64,000 nt of DNA from Camelus ferus (Eukaryota), in assembly GCF_009834535.1 (NCBI RefSeq), contig NC_045696.1, positions 45,634,001 to 45,698,000 of the forward strand. Reading direction: 5' to 3'. Below, in pieces: positions 23,248-37,335 of this stretch (its first letter is position 1; each line of letters starts with the position of its first letter). The translations under genes and the position numbers were made by a program. A model generated the notes under the pieces. The model searched no databases, had not been told where the DNA came from, and saw only the letters and a program-made list of their open reading frames with translations.

Positions 23248-25654
23248 AGCCCCCAGTAACACACACATGTAGACAACCTTGCTCATACTCACACATGCTC
23301 ACTTTTTTTCTCCTTTAAAGCACAAAAATATGCAATTTTAAAAAGGCAGTGTGGTTTTATTTTACTAGGATAAAAGGTTAAAAAAAACTATATTCAAAAT
23401 TTTGCTGCCGGGTTTGACAGGGGAATAGAAGAGAGGTGAGGCAATTAGCTGGGACTCCAGCATTTTTACATCTTCTGCAGATAGGATTAAACGCACTTGA
23501 CTCCCTACAACTCTAAGAAAGGTAATAAATTTTCACTGTAACAAAAAGAAGGCTCCCAAAGTGTTTGATGACTGCTTAAAGGTACCAAATTATCCCACAT
23601 CACGGCTGAAATCATTCTCTTAGGTTAAACCACTGTCCCCAGCCCCTACTGAAATGTCATGTGTTATGTGGGTAGATGGGCAGAATGAAGGGTTCTCATT
23701 AAAACCTCCTGCTACCTTAAGCTGGATTATCACTTTCTGACAGAAAATAGGACAGGCCTGAGGCAAATGGGCTGATGCTTAGATAAGCTTGGGAAAGGAG
23801 GAGCAGGAGGGAAAGGTCAGGAGCTACCCCCGTAGCAGGTAGATCTGGAAGGGCACCTTAGGAAGAAGCTCTCACAGAGTGAGGACCCCAGGACACATGC
23901 TGGGGACCCCTTGGGAGGGATGAGGCTTCAGAAAGGGGAGGTGAGGGAGACGAAGACAAACCTCACCTGCTTTATAATTTTGCTCACCGCCCCCTGATGT
24001 GTAAACACCACCATTTAGTCACATACATATTATCTCCGGTGAGGAAGGAAACATCTGAAGAAGACTGCTTTGCTAAGTGGGCTCTTGACAGGAACTTAAA
24101 GAATCCCTGAGGAGAGGAGGCATTTTAAAGAGAGCAAGAGAACCCAATTAACTTCGCCACTGATGAACTTTGTCACAGTTCTTTATCTGAGGAGGGACGG
24201 AAGACTGGGATGCAGAAACTAGACATGAAGTAAGGTTGCTGAGTGAACAACCTCTAATGGTTTCCTGCCTCCTAGTCCCTTTGTAAAAAAATACCTCTGA
24301 AGGGGAATAATTTTTCGATAATATTTTTGCCATATTAGAATCATACAAGACACAACAGGTCAAGTATGAAATATGACCAAACTGGGCACTGAAATAAGCT
24401 TTTGAAAATTCCAGAACATGCACACCAGGCAATGCTCTGTTCAAATTTAGTTTACTATATTTTTCATAAAATGGGACCTTTGAAGTGTGCTGTGCTGTTC
24501 TTTAATTCTCTTTATGTGGGTTAGCCTTGCTATCCAGCGAATGAGTACCTTGTCCGGGACTCTACCTTATTTACTTTTGAGTCCATCTCAAAACCAGTAT
24601 CATACTGGGAAGAGGATAAATTGTTTGTGAATAGCTGGTACTTATTTAAACATGACACTGAGGCCAAGGCTCAAATCCATGAATACTGCGGGTACATATG
24701 ACACAACATCTTGAAATACACATACATACACCCTGTGACACATATGCACCCTTCAAATAGAGACCTAGCCCACAGGAACATGTGACACACATCTTGTGAT
24801 CCTTCCTCTTCATTGGGAAAAAAAAAAAAAGATGAAAAGCAGCATTTCTTCTCCCTGAGCCTCACCTCTGTCCTACAATCAAACAATGCCACATTCAATC
24901 ATTCTAGCTTTGACTCAGCAGAGGAGCAATTCCCCAGGAGTGCATATGCTAGCCTGGTGCAATATTTGCTTTATAAAGCAGGGGTGGCTTGTTCAACCTT
25001 GTATACCCATAGCTTGTTGGTGACTGTGTCACACGCTTCAGTCAAAAGTAGCTGCTGCATTATCCTTTAGAGAACATATACCACCATACATCAGCCAGAC
25101 ATGTTAGCTTCTCTATGACAACTTACAATTTTCAGACTGACCAGAAGATTACTAGAAACATGCAGATCAGGATGAAGAAGCAGGATAAAGATGTGCTGGC
25201 AGAAACAAGGTCGGGAAGGGAATTCTGGACAGCAGTACCACCCACAAGTTATGACAGACTTCAGAACACCATTTGAAATGGACTAACCTGCTTTCCCCAA
25301 AATATACTTTCCTGAGTGCCTTTACATGGGGTAGGGTTAAGTTTTACTGGCACAGTGGAGTTCATCTTGGGAATTAGACACGTACAATTAGGTATCTAGA
25401 AAGCTATTTGATTCAATCAGTAGACATAATTTAAATATGGTCATTTCTTCTGGGCACCCATAAATAAGTGATTAAAGATGGTGATGTTTCAAGGTCCTTG
25501 CAGGATACATTTAGACTTCTCTGAAACTATCAGCTTAGGAAGAAAGAATCAAGGCCCGAAATCTGAGGGACTACCTGTCCTTACTGCCTTCAGCATAGAG
25601 TCTGAAAGACAGCATAATCTTGTCCCTGATCTTCTATTCACCCTCCTATTTTAC

Positions 25655-26142
25655 TGTATTGACTCACTTTTGCTGCATAATATATGGCCCCAAACTTTAT
25701 GACTTAAGCACCAATCATTTGCATCGCTCAGTCTGGTGACTGGGACCGGATTTAGTTGGCCAGTTCTCATCTCAGCTGGGTTCAGCAACACATCTGTGTT
25801 GAGCTGCCTGGTCCTTGAAGCAGCCTGTTTTAGGATGGCCTCGGCTGGAATGGTTGGCTTTGCTCCCCAGGGTCTCTTATTCTCCATCAGCTCAGCTCAT
25901 ACTTGCTCACATCGTGGCTAGACAGGCTTCGGGGAGAGTGAAGGTCTCTTGAGTCTAAGCCCAGAACTGGTCCATTTCTTCTGCTGCATTCCACTGGCCA
26001 AAGTAAGTCACAAGCTACCCCTGACTCAAACGGTGAGTAAACAGACTCAATTTCTTGATGAGAAGAGCTGAAAAGTCATATTGTTAATGTCACAAATCCA
26101 GGTAGGGGAATAACTGCAGCCATTTTCACAATCTTCTATACA
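25655..26142 (-). mobile_element. MaLR solo LTR (MLT1H-like)
   Basis: tgtattg...ttgctgcataa...aggatggcctc...ctggccaaagtaagtcacaag...gcagccatttt...ca. Confidence 0.75.
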
Positions 26143-28219
26143 CTCAAGATTCTAGATTATACACTTTGGCACTCTGAGAAAGCCATGTTCTCTCTCTTAC
26201 TTCCAAGTTTTTACATATGCAGCGCCCTCTTATGCATCTTGACCATTCCTTTTCCCTAATGACTTTCACTTATACAAGAGTAGGCCAATATTCTCTAAGG
26301 ATGACTGTCCTGAACTCTGGACTAGGTAGGCTTCCCTTGTCTGCACTCTCATAATCCTTGTCCTATGCATTCTTACCAAAATTTGTTGGCAGTTCCTACA
26401 TGTAATAAATGTTCGATAAATATTTATTAACCAACATTTTCAATAATTGGAAATTCATACATAATTACCAACAGTAATGAAGGGGTACCATATTTTCTAG
26501 GTATAAACTTGAAATTCTCTAAGTCAAGCCTAAAGGATGTGAAGGTTCTATTCTAAACTCTAAATTATTCTAAATAGTCATTAACTTAGAAAAAAACTCA
26601 CAGCAACTGAGGTGTTCTATCTAATACCTTCTCCAAAAGATAAAATTGGATTCTTAATATTATCAACTAATTCAGACGCCGTAACTCATACAGTGTGTTA
26701 AAAAGTAATGGGTCTGGCAATCAGTCCTGAAGGACTCCATTTGTCACCTCTCCATGAGGATTTGCTACAATTTACTGCTATCCTATATATTTTAGGCTAC
26801 AATCAGTTTTTTAGCTAGGTTGGCACTTAGACTGAAGTTTAGCATTTTGCTCATTAACTTTTTCTATGATAGACTGTCAAAAGTCCCATCTGAACTCCTG
26901 TTAAATTACATCTACTCCTGCACCCTAATATAATTACTTGGTCACTGCTATGGCAAGCTATAAATTGTCTGATGAAACCCAATTTTCCTTAGTGACCCAA
27001 GACACAGTTCCTATTTTGTTCCTCAAATGAGCTAAACTGTCTGTTTTCCTAGGCAGAATTCTAAAACTTTGGCTGTTTTAATTTAGGTACTTATCTTCTT
27101 ACCTTTTGTACATAACACATATGGATAATACTCTATCTAGAGTGATTATTCTACCCCTTTGCCAAATTGCCTGCCACCCACTTATTAGCAATTTAATATC
27201 TTTAATTAGAGACAAAAATTTTAATAGAGCCATTTTTTCCTCTAAGATTCAAAACAAGTAAAATACATTACATCATCGCATCTGATATATGTAATTTCTA
27301 GACCAATTTTTGCTATGACTTGATAAGCTTTTTTACATTAAATTTCTCATAAAAGTATACTCAATTTGAATGAGCAATAAAAGGTCCGACGTCCTACAAG
27401 CATATTTTTTCATTGCTTCTCTTTTTGCTAAATGAAATATTTCTGTCTTGAAAGTGTTTCAGGGTTAAAGTTTTATGTTAGGCTGATTTTAAGATTTACT
27501 GTGACTTTTTGATGTATTCTTCTGTTGCCCATCCATCCATCCATCTATTTATTTTTGAGGAGGTTAAATGATTTCTTAATATATTATCTATGCAAACTTG
27601 CTAACTACAAAACATACAGGAAAGAATCATCTAGACACGATATCTACTCCACAGGTTTGTTGTGAGAGTTAAAGCACACAACACAACACAGGCAATACAC
27701 CAGAACAGCACCCAGCACACCACAAGCACTCAGTACTCTTTTATTATTATTAAAATTAGATCCTGTCTTATATGAAGTTTATAATTTCTCACAATATCTT
27801 TTCAGCATCTTCTATTTTATTTAATTTGAAATGATACGACATCTTCATAAAAGCCCTGTAACATACTGCTTCTTTTACAGTAATTCCTCATGACTTTAAA
27901 GTCCAGGTTTTTTTTTTTGATAAAATGTTCCTCATTTCTAAATCTTTTCTGTTTTAAATTACAACACCCTCACATTCCTTTCTCAAGGCTGATGTTTCAG
28001 CTAAACTGGTCATTCTACAGATGGCATGAAATGCCCACTGCATTCACAGAATCAGGGTCTTCCCACGTATTCACAAAAGAGGACAGGCAAGGGCTCAAGC
28101 TGCCTCCTATCTCCCAGATCTGCAGTAACCCTGACCCTGTATCACCATGAATGCTGTTACTTCCTGTAGATGGCTGTGAGCTGAAGCTTCCTTGAAGCGT
28201 GAGCTTCATCATGCATTAA

Positions 28220-28335
28220 AATAATGTTTTAAGGGCAAAGCTTTGGAGTTTGGTTAGGTTCAAAACCTGGCATGGTTATTTCTAGCTCTGTGAACCTTAT
28301 AAAGCCTCCCTTTCCTCATTTGTAAAATGGATAGC
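28220..28335 (+). mobile_element. MIR SINE fragment
   Basis: gctttggag...ggttcaaaacctgg...tttcctcatttgtaaaatgg. Confidence 0.65.
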
Positions 28336-28757
28336 TAGTCATCTTGGAGTGGGTAATGTCAAAGCTGTAGTTGGGAGGGCATAATCCAGACTGAGTTAGG
28401 TTGAAAAGGAAATGAAATATTAGTAAGCTGATAGAAAAAGTGCAGGCTACTAATTCAATAAGGTGACTGAAGTATCAAAATGGGTAAGAAAGAAGGAAAT
28501 GTAGTGTCAAATATGTTTTTTGGTAGTATTTTTTCTTTTCTCTCAATGGCAGGAACTATGAGTGTATGTATAATCTCAGAACATATATACATATATATGT
28601 ATGAATGCATCTATAGTTAGAAGGGGAAAATCAACAGAAAAGAGATTTAGAAAATACAAAAGGGAAAGGTGATATGTGGAGAAAGGAACAAATGGGACAG
28701 AGAGCACTAGTGGAGGGACTAATTTAGAGAGGGGGAAAAATTCCTCAAGTGTAAGTG

Positions 28758-29171
28758 TGTATTGACTTGCTAGGGCTGCCATTACAAATACCAGACTGGG
28801 TAGGTGGCTTAAACAAGATAAAATATTTTGTTCTCATAATTCTGGAGGCAAGAAGTCCAAGATCAAGGTGTCAGCAGAGTTGGTTTCTTCTGAGGTCTCT
28901 CTCCTTGGCTTGCAGATGTCAGTCCTTTTCCTTCTGCCTTCACATAACTTTTCCTCAGTATGTGTCTGTTCTGATCTCCTCTTCTTATAAGGACACCATT
29001 CATATTGGATTAGAACCTACCCATTCAACCTCATTTCACCATAATTACCTTTTTCAAGACCCTATCTCCAAATAAAGTCACATTCTGAGGTACTGGGGGT
29101 TAGGATTTCAACTTTGAAATTAAAAAAAAATTGCAGTGGGGAGGAGGGGAGGCATAACTTGGTTCATAACA
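28758..29171 (-). mobile_element. MaLR solo LTR (MLT1A/B-like)
   Basis: tgtatt...ctagggctgccattacaaatacc...ttctggaggcaagaagtccaagatcaaggtgtcagcag...gtcacattctgaggtactggggg...cataaca. TSD aagtg / aagcg. Confidence 0.85.
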
Positions 29172-29569
29172 AAGCGTAATGGCTGAAAGGATGGTGATGA
29201 TGAAGAAAATTTTGTAGGAGAAGTAGGAAGATGAGAAACTTCTGCCTATTAATGTATTTTCTTTGTATTCCAAGCAGAGGTCATCCGTGGAGGGGGAAGA
29301 GAAAAGTGGGGAATTTGGAGACTGGGGAGAATGTAGGTTATGAATTCTTCCTCAAAGGCTGGAGAAAGTTGGGTGGCTACTGCCTGGCAGGGCTGAGGGC
29401 CAGGTGAGCTTGAAGACACACATTTGATTGGTGAATAGAAACCATGTACTCAGTTAAGACTTAAGAATGAGATACATAAATGAGATAGTCTCATTTGGGA
29501 AATAATTCAGTCAAAATGATGAGCTTTTATTACTTGCCAAGTTGACTAATCAGAATACATAAAATTTAA

Positions 29570-30720
29570 TTTTAATTAGATAATGAATACATGAGTACAT
29601 ACTCAAAGAACATTTATAACAGTACAAACTATACAGAGCAAAAACTAAAATTACCTTTTCACTCCCTCACCAAATCCATTGCTCACCCTACAAGTCAACA
29701 ATTTTATGTACATATGTGTAGACTTTATGCATTTACATAAATGTAAACACAAAATATACTACTACCTAATTACATACTTAAGTGAGAGTTCTTTTCTTAT
29801 TTATTTCTTTTTTCTTTTTTTTTTTTTTTTTTTTACATAAATAGGGTCAGGCTTCAAGAATTGTTTTATAATTTGTTTTGTTTGGTTTTGGGTTTTTCCC
29901 TCAATAATGGTTTAGTGATCTTTGAAGGTACATACAGAGGTATCTTACTCCTTTAAACCACTACATAGCATTATGTAGCATATATGTGCCATATTCAGTT
30001 TACTGTTCTCTTCTGTTGGACATTAAGGTTTCCAGATTTTCACTGCTATTATTAATGCTGAAATAAATACCCTTGTGCATGTTTCTACACACCTATGGCA
30101 GATACCTACAGTTAAAGGAAAAAAGGATTTTGAATTCTGATTGACTCTGCCAAAGTTGCCTTCCAATAAGATTATGCCAGTGTGTCCTCCCATCCACAAT
30201 TTATGAACATCTACAAAGTATGAAAGTATTTCTTCACCCACCTTCTCACTAACACCTGGTATTAGCCACTTTTCAAACGTCTATTACTGTAATGATTCAT
30301 AAATTTTTGTTCTAATTTGTATTTCACTGATTTGAGATAAAGTTGAGAATTTTTCTTATCCTTTGATCATATTTCTTCTCTGAAGCTCTTGTTTATATGT
30401 TTTGGCCACTCTTTTATTGTGTCTTTAATTGACTTATAGGTAATCTTCATAGATTCAGAATATTTTCCTTTGTTTTATTTTATGTAATCTCAAATACTTT
30501 TGTCTTTTTTTGAGGGGATTCTGATCTTTGTGACTTAATTAAGATAGGCTTTCCTAATCACAAATATATAAGAATATTTTTCTATATTTCCCTATGATAT
30601 GTTTACAGATTTTTTTTTAACATCTAGCTCTTTCATTCATTTGACATTTATTTTTGTCAATGAGAAGGGTATCCAGTTTGCTTCCCTCCATAGTCTATTC
30701 TTTCACATTTATTAGAAATG
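29570..30720 (-). mobile_element. Old LINE-1 (L1M-type) 3' region
   Basis: Antisense L1 text, e.g. ttggacattaaggtttccagattttcactgctatt...ccttgtgcatgtttct...tgagataaagttgag. Confidence 0.6.
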
Positions 30721-30739
30721 TTACCTTAATCAGAGCAAG

Positions 30740-31400
30740 TCCTAAATAGTCTATCTTAATAACATATCCAAAATCCTACCACCGCCACTGTCCCCTCCAA
30801 ACTCACGTATAACATTCCTTGCTAGAACAACTGCACTAGCCTATAGCCTCCTTTTATCTATTCTGTTTGGAGCACATAGAGTGATCTCTTTAAAATTTAA
30901 ATCAGATATGTGATTTCCATGTTCAAAATTATCTACAGATTTTGATCACACTTAGAATAAAGTATAAACTCCTTACTTACACTTCTTACAAGGCCCCACA
31001 TGACCCGGCTGTTAGAGCTCACCTTGCCCTGTCCTAAACAGTCAGCTTAGGCCTTTATACCGGTTATTCCAGAACCTTCCTTCTAGAGTGTTCATTCCCA
31101 GATCTACCATGGTTTGTTCCTTCAAGTAATTAAAGTTTCTGTTTAAATGTCACTTCTTCAGGGAGGTTTTCCTGATCATTTTATCTAAAATTGCCCAAAC
31201 CTTTAATTTGACACAGCAATTAACTCCATAAACGATACAATCTGTTTGGTTTAAACAAACAAACAAACAAATAATATATTGGGATAGATTATATTGGGCC
31301 TTAACACTCCTGTTAGTGCAAGTTTCAGGATGGGGAGACGTGTTTCTTATTTATCACCATGTCAAATGGTATTTTGAATATATTAAGAATGCTATAATAA
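30740..31400 (+). mobile_element. L2 LINE fragment
   Basis: agagtgatctctttaaaatttaaatcagat...tacaaggcccc...aaatgtcacttcttcagggaggttttcctga. Confidence 0.65.
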
Positions 31401-31903
31401 TTGTAGTAAGATTTTAGCAAATTCATTGAGCCAAAAAATGCTGAACCTCAAAAGTTATCAGATTGTGGGGATGTATCCATATCTCTTACCTACATAAGTT
31501 TAACTGGAAAAAAGTTCTCTAATTTCATCATAAGGAAGTATTTTCCTCCTGTCTTTCAAAACTTAGAAGCAACTGTAACATTTTTATTTCTTCATTAAGA
31601 TTCTGAATATATGAGAAGAGTATGGGTAATGTAGGTATTTTTCATGCCTATTCATTAATGTATATAAAAGAAGCTTTGAAAGCTGAGGTTTAGCTCTAAA
31701 GGAGGACATCTGTAAGTCAGGCCATACTCCCTACAGAAACACACATTGTCACACACATACACATACTAATTATAAAGAACAGTGAAGATAAACTTTCTTT
31801 GTCCTGAAATCAAAACCTGAAACACAGGCCTTCATATAATTTACTTTTCTGACATAAAGGTTGGAAATAAATATTGAAATGAAGAAAGGAAGAAAGAAAC
31901 TCC

Positions 31904-32360
31904 ATGCAGAAAACCCTAAAGACTCCACAGGAAAATGACTTGAGTTGATAAATGAATTCAGCAAGGTAGCAGGATACAAGATTATCATACAGAAATCAGG
32001 TGCATTTCTCTACACTAAAAATAAAATATCAGAAAAGGAAAGTAAAAAACAATCTCTTTTAAACTCATATGAAAAAAATAAAGTAATTAGGAGTAAACCT
32101 GACCAAGGAGGTGAAAAACTTATATGCATAGAACTGTAAAACACTGATTAAGGAAATTAAAGATGATTTAAAGAAATGGAAAGATATCATATGCCCTTGG
32201 ATTGGAAGAATTAATATCATGAAAATGGCCATACTACCCAAAGCAATATACAGATTTAATGAGATCCCTATCAAATTACCCAGGACATTTTTCACAGAAC
32301 TAGAACAAATAGTCCTAAAATTTATATGGAATCACAAAATACCCAGAACTGCCAAAGCAA
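31904..32360 (+). mobile_element. Internal LINE-1 ORF2 fragment (RT C-terminal region), no 3' UTR or tail
   Basis: ORFs give [15 protein letters not shown] and [36 protein letters not shown], both L1 ORF2 motifs; stops and frameshifts present. Confidence 0.92.
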
Positions 32361-33294
32361 CCAACTCTACCAAATCAGGAAACTCAGCTTCCTCTGGCTA
32401 ACTACATGGATTTAGACACTTTATTTAGTATCTCTGTGCCTCAATTCTCTCATTAATAAATTGGGGTAACTTGTGAAAATATGCTTTTTGCAATCCAGGA
32501 AAATGTTTCTACAATCCATTATGGACTAAAGCTCATAGTTTGGAAAGCACGGTTCCAGTCATGTTTGAACACTTGGAAGCTTTAATGTTTTCTGTTATAA
32601 AAATGTTTGATAAACATGAATATTCTTAAATAAATTCACATACAATTATAAAGAAACATGATTATATGAAAGTGTAGGTCTCTCATTTCCTTATTACACA
32701 TAACTATAAATAAATGTATATGATTAAGTTTCTTACAATTAAAATTCTCATCAAAAAGCACTATGGCCCATTTACTCAGTGAATTAGTCTTTTTGTTCAT
32801 ACACATCAATCTCTTTTGAGTAAACAAGTATGAATCATGATTCCTCAGCCTGATTTCTGGATCACCAACAAGATCAAGTTTTTGCACCTGAAATAGTAAA
32901 GACCACACCCTGAGTTTCTGCAATCGCCAACATAAAAGCCTCCTTCTAAGTCTTTCTGGCAGCTAGTCAGTCTCTACACACTCCTGAGAACTTAACTGTC
33001 ACAAGGCACCATCAGCCTGGACTGAAAAGGAACATACATAAATGTTTCTACCAACTTGGCAAGAGTTGTTACGAGAACTTAAGATTGTCCAGGTATGATT
33101 ATTCTGGTGATGCCTGAGCTTCCCATTTATAAAAACAAACAAAACAAATGTCAGTAGGAGTCAACTGTCATAAGTACAGCAACTGGATTGGACTTCACTT
33201 TTTACAATAAGAGCGATCACCATATATAGATAGTATATATAGATAGTATGTGATTGTAGTTTGTTGTGACCCAACTCATGAAAAATTAAGATTT

Positions 33295-33346
33295 TGTGTG
33301 TGTGTGTGAGGATGTGTGTGTGTGTGTGTGTCAGAGAGAGAGAGAA
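33295..33346. repeat. Interrupted (TG)n/(AG)n microsatellite
   Basis: Directly visible. Confidence 0.9.
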
Positions 33347-33559
33347 TGCTTTGTTGCATCCTTATATTTAACATGTACAAACAGATGTTAGTAAGATTAA
33401 TGAGAAGTCATCCATCAACTATTCCAAGTGGCAGTGGACAGAGAAAATATGAAAAATATCAATTAAAAATGCCTTTTGCTTTTCATTAGTTTAGTTTAGT
33501 TTAATGCCTGATCAGATTGGGCACCACTTGAACAACCAAGTGCAGGAAAGAATTTCACA

Positions 33560-33790
33560 TTAATGAGCATTTCTGTATCAGGCCCCCTTGATACAATTTC
33601 TCAATCTTGTTCAAATAGCAAGTTAGAATCACCTGGGAAATTGGCATTATCACACTCGTTTTGCAGATGAGGAAACTAGGACACCAACGGGTCAATTTAC
33701 TTTCCTGGGATCACAAAGCTAACAGTGGTGATATGAGATTCAAACCCGATTCTGGTGAAGTGCAGGGTCCACATTCTGCTCATTAAACAA
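33560..33790 (-). mobile_element. MIR SINE
   Basis: ttttgcagatgaggaaact...gatcacaaagcta...gattcaaaccc. Confidence 0.7.
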
Positions 33791-34177
33791 GTATGCAAGC
33801 TGATTTAAAATAATACAAAATGCAGTACATAATATAGAGAATTGTTTCTCTTACACAAGCTCCCATGATAAGATCAAGAATTAGGTTGAAATAAATGTTA
33901 TTTATAAATTCAATTTGAATGTTTCTATTTTGACTCCTGCGTGGAAAACATCACCTATCCCACTGTGTAATTCCCTGGCCTAAATAATTTAGAGTACTAT
34001 TAAATGCTCTATTGAATAGCAAATCATTTTATACATAAAGTTTATTTTCTCTACAACTCAACTGCAGTAGTGACAATTTACATTTAATTCCTGTATCTTT
34101 GGTGCCTAGTCAATTATTATGCTGCCACCAGAATATTCATATTTTTATAACAATTCCTCAAATCTAGCATTTGGCAG

Positions 34178-34625
34178 TGTAGTGGGTGGAACAGTGGTTT
34201 CCAAAAAGTTATATTCTAGCTCTAACTCCAGTACCTGTGACTTTATTTGGAAATAGTGTCTTTGCAGATGTAATTCAGTTAAAGATCTTGAGATGAGATC
34301 ATCCTGAATTTAGAGTTGGCCCTCAATCCAGTGACTGGTATCTTTATTAAAGAAATGAAAGGAAGATTGGTTACAAAGAGGAAATGATGTGAAGGTGGAG
34401 AAAAATATTGGATTTATTCATCTATAGGCCAGGGAATTCCAATGATTGCCAGCAACCATCAGAAGCGAGGAGAGAGGCATGGAAAAGTCTCTCCAGAAGG
34501 AACCAAACTGGTGACATCTTGATTTCAGATTTCTGGCCTCCTGAATTGTGAGGAAAGGAATTTCTGTTGTTCTGTGCCACTAAATTTGTGATAATACGTT
34601 ATGGCAGCCCTAGGAAATGAACACA
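34178..34625 (+). mobile_element. MaLR solo LTR (MLT1C-like), full length
   Basis: TG...CA termini; ttatttggaaatag..tctttgcagatgtaatt; gattgccagcaacca; perfect 5-bp TSD GGCAG (34173-34177 / 34626-34630). Confidence 0.9.
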
Positions 34626-34959
34626 GGCAGATTAACATTTCCCTTTAAGACAGAAAAATACATTATTTGAGTTATTCAACCCAATTTATTTCAAAATGGG
34701 TCTAAAGTGACTTCTCTCCATTCAAATTGGTATTTCAAATTAATAAAAGCTTCATAAGTGACTCTCCTGCTGAAAAAGGTAAATTTCAGACAAACATAAA
34801 AAATATTTTGACATGATTATAAGATCTTACGGATCTAGAACCAGAAACTTCCAACAACAAAATCTGTGAAAGTGTAATCGAATAATGAATAGATTTATAA
34901 TAAACTCAGCATCTCTAGGTAAATTTCACAGAAAATTGCAAGCATTTTAACCTATAGTA

Positions 34960-35180
34960 TTAGGACATTCACAATGTTTGATGTTTTTTACATTTATCAC
35001 CTCATTCAGTCCTTACAAGGACTTCGTAAGATAACACTCTAATTATTTCCAATATTTTGATGAAGAAACTTAAGAAGACAGGTAAGAAAATTAACACAAA
35101 GCTACACAACTGGGAAGTGATGAATCAAAATATTCAAACCTAGGCAGTCTGTTCTGAACCAAAATTGCTTTAACCATATT
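34960..35180 (-). mobile_element. MIR SINE
   Basis: ctcattcagtccttacaa...gatgaagaaact...ttcaaacctaggcagtctg. Confidence 0.55.
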
Positions 35181-36229
35181 CATTTTATGTCATCTGGGAT
35201 ACTTCATTATTCAAGAAGTGGAAAGTACAAAGTCAGTTATCCAGAAAATCTTCTAAAAAGAATATTTCAAAGATGGAACTCAATAAATATAATAATGCCC
35301 AAAACATAAAATGCTACATTCATTTTACAGTTATTTAAACTGAAGCAGGGACCCACTGGATCATGTGAGTAGACTCAAACTAGGTATATGACTTAAAACA
35401 TCACTTCTTAAATGTTTTATTTGGCTTTTTCATGCCACATTAAGTTCCATTCCTACTGTGTAAAAAGCTGGGATCTATATCAGTGCTGTCCAAAAATAGC
35501 ACCATTGAAGTTTTTTTTTTTTTTTACAAAATGCCTCCAAAGGTAGTGACTGACACATAACCTGCCTCTAAATACATACTTTATGTATGATCACCGAGGC
35601 TGAGGAAGATGATGGAAGAAGCAGTTATTAGAACAAAACTTAATCTGAAAATAGCTAACAATGCAAAATTTATCTTTGGTCATTGAGGCTAATTAGAATG
35701 TTCCCTACCTAATGTATATTATGTAGCATTTTACAAAATGGGATGGGAGAAGAGGGAGGGATAATAGCAAGGAATTATAAGACACTTGCATTATGGTGTT
35801 AAATCTAAGGACATACGAATTTTCTGCCCTGATCTTTTTCCACCTTCCAGACTCCGTTATTTGTCTCCTTATGTACCATAAAACCCACAAACAGCAATGA
35901 ACTTTTGGGTAATTTAAATACCTTTATAAAGTGTTATGTATAGAATTTAGTAACTTTTCTTCTAATCTCTTTCCTCTGTGAACTTCCATACATCCATAAA
36001 GCGAAATTTTCTAAAATTCATGTCTAATAAACACTGGCCTCTTTTAAACCATTTGTGTTTTTCTATTTACTTTGAAACAATTTAGAGGAGTAGTTAACTA
36101 TGTAGGATCTGAAATAAAGGACAGTGACTGTGAATCACAACCCTGTACTTACCAACTGGTTAGCCTTGAGCATGTATTTCAGCTGATGTACACAACAAAG
36201 GAGACAGAGTTTTGAAGTTTCAATTTTTT

Positions 36230-37335
36230 ATGTTAGAAGACCTTCATGAGCAGCTTGGGCATTCCATTAAAGCTTCAAACAGATAAAGCCTTAAGAGAAA
36301 AGATACCAGCCCAGGACTAAAGATATCCTGAAGACTAAGAGCAAAATCAAACAAGCTATCCTTCCATTCGAAACTTATCCACATGAAGCCAATCTTTCAC
36401 ATGTTCAGGGTGATAGCCCTTTAATTTAACTGCCTGCTAGAGCAAAATCAATGCTCTTCAAAGGAAGATAATAAAATATACAGTATGTATAACGTATCAT
36501 CCATAATGCCCAATATGCAATAAAATTTTACTAGCCATACAAAAGAAAATGTGATCCATAGTCAAGAGAAAACTGAATAAACCAAAATAGACTTACAAAT
36601 GAAAGCAAGTTGTTATGGATTTTACTGATGGGTAAATTTCTATTTTAAAATAAAGAATATTATCAGAGATAAAGAGGGGGCACTTTCTAAGAATAAAAGG
36701 GTCAATCTCATCAGAAAGACATAGCAACCCTCAATCGGTATGCACCTAATCAAAGAGCTTCAAGATACTTATAACAAAAACTGGTAGAACTAGAAGTAGA
36801 AAAAAAAAGACACACCTACAATCTAATGAGATATTTTAACACTTTCTTAGTAATTGATAAAATAACTATTTAAAGGTATCAGTAAGAATAGAGAATATCT
36901 GAATAATACTGTCAACTGTCTTGATCTAATTGATATTCAGAGAACATTACACTCAATACCTGTAGAATATGTATTCTTTCCATGTGTAGATGGAATGGTA
37001 ATCAAAATAGACTATATGCGAAATATATGTTTTAATACAGATCAAAAGAATAGACTTTATAGAGTATGTAATGTGATGGCAAGGGAATTAAACCAGGAGT
37101 CCAAAGCCATAAGTTATCTGAAAAGTCTCCAAATACTTAGAAATTAATCAATATACTCTAAGTAACCATAGGTTAAAGAAGAAATGCCAAAATAAATTAG
37201 AAAGTATTTTGAATAAAATATAATTAAAATGAAACAACAAAATATGTAGGATGTAATGAAAGGAGTACAGATATGGAAAATTACAGTTTTAAATGCTAAT
37301 ATTAGAAAAGAAGGAAAGTTGAAATCCAAATCCAT
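36230..37335 (+). mobile_element. Old LINE-1 (L1M-type) including the ORF2 endonuclease region
   Basis: cagagataaagaggggcac...aataaaagggtcaat...tatgcacctaat...agagcttcaa encodes decayed RDKEGH..IKGS..YAPN..AS motifs. Left boundary uncertain. Confidence 0.75.
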
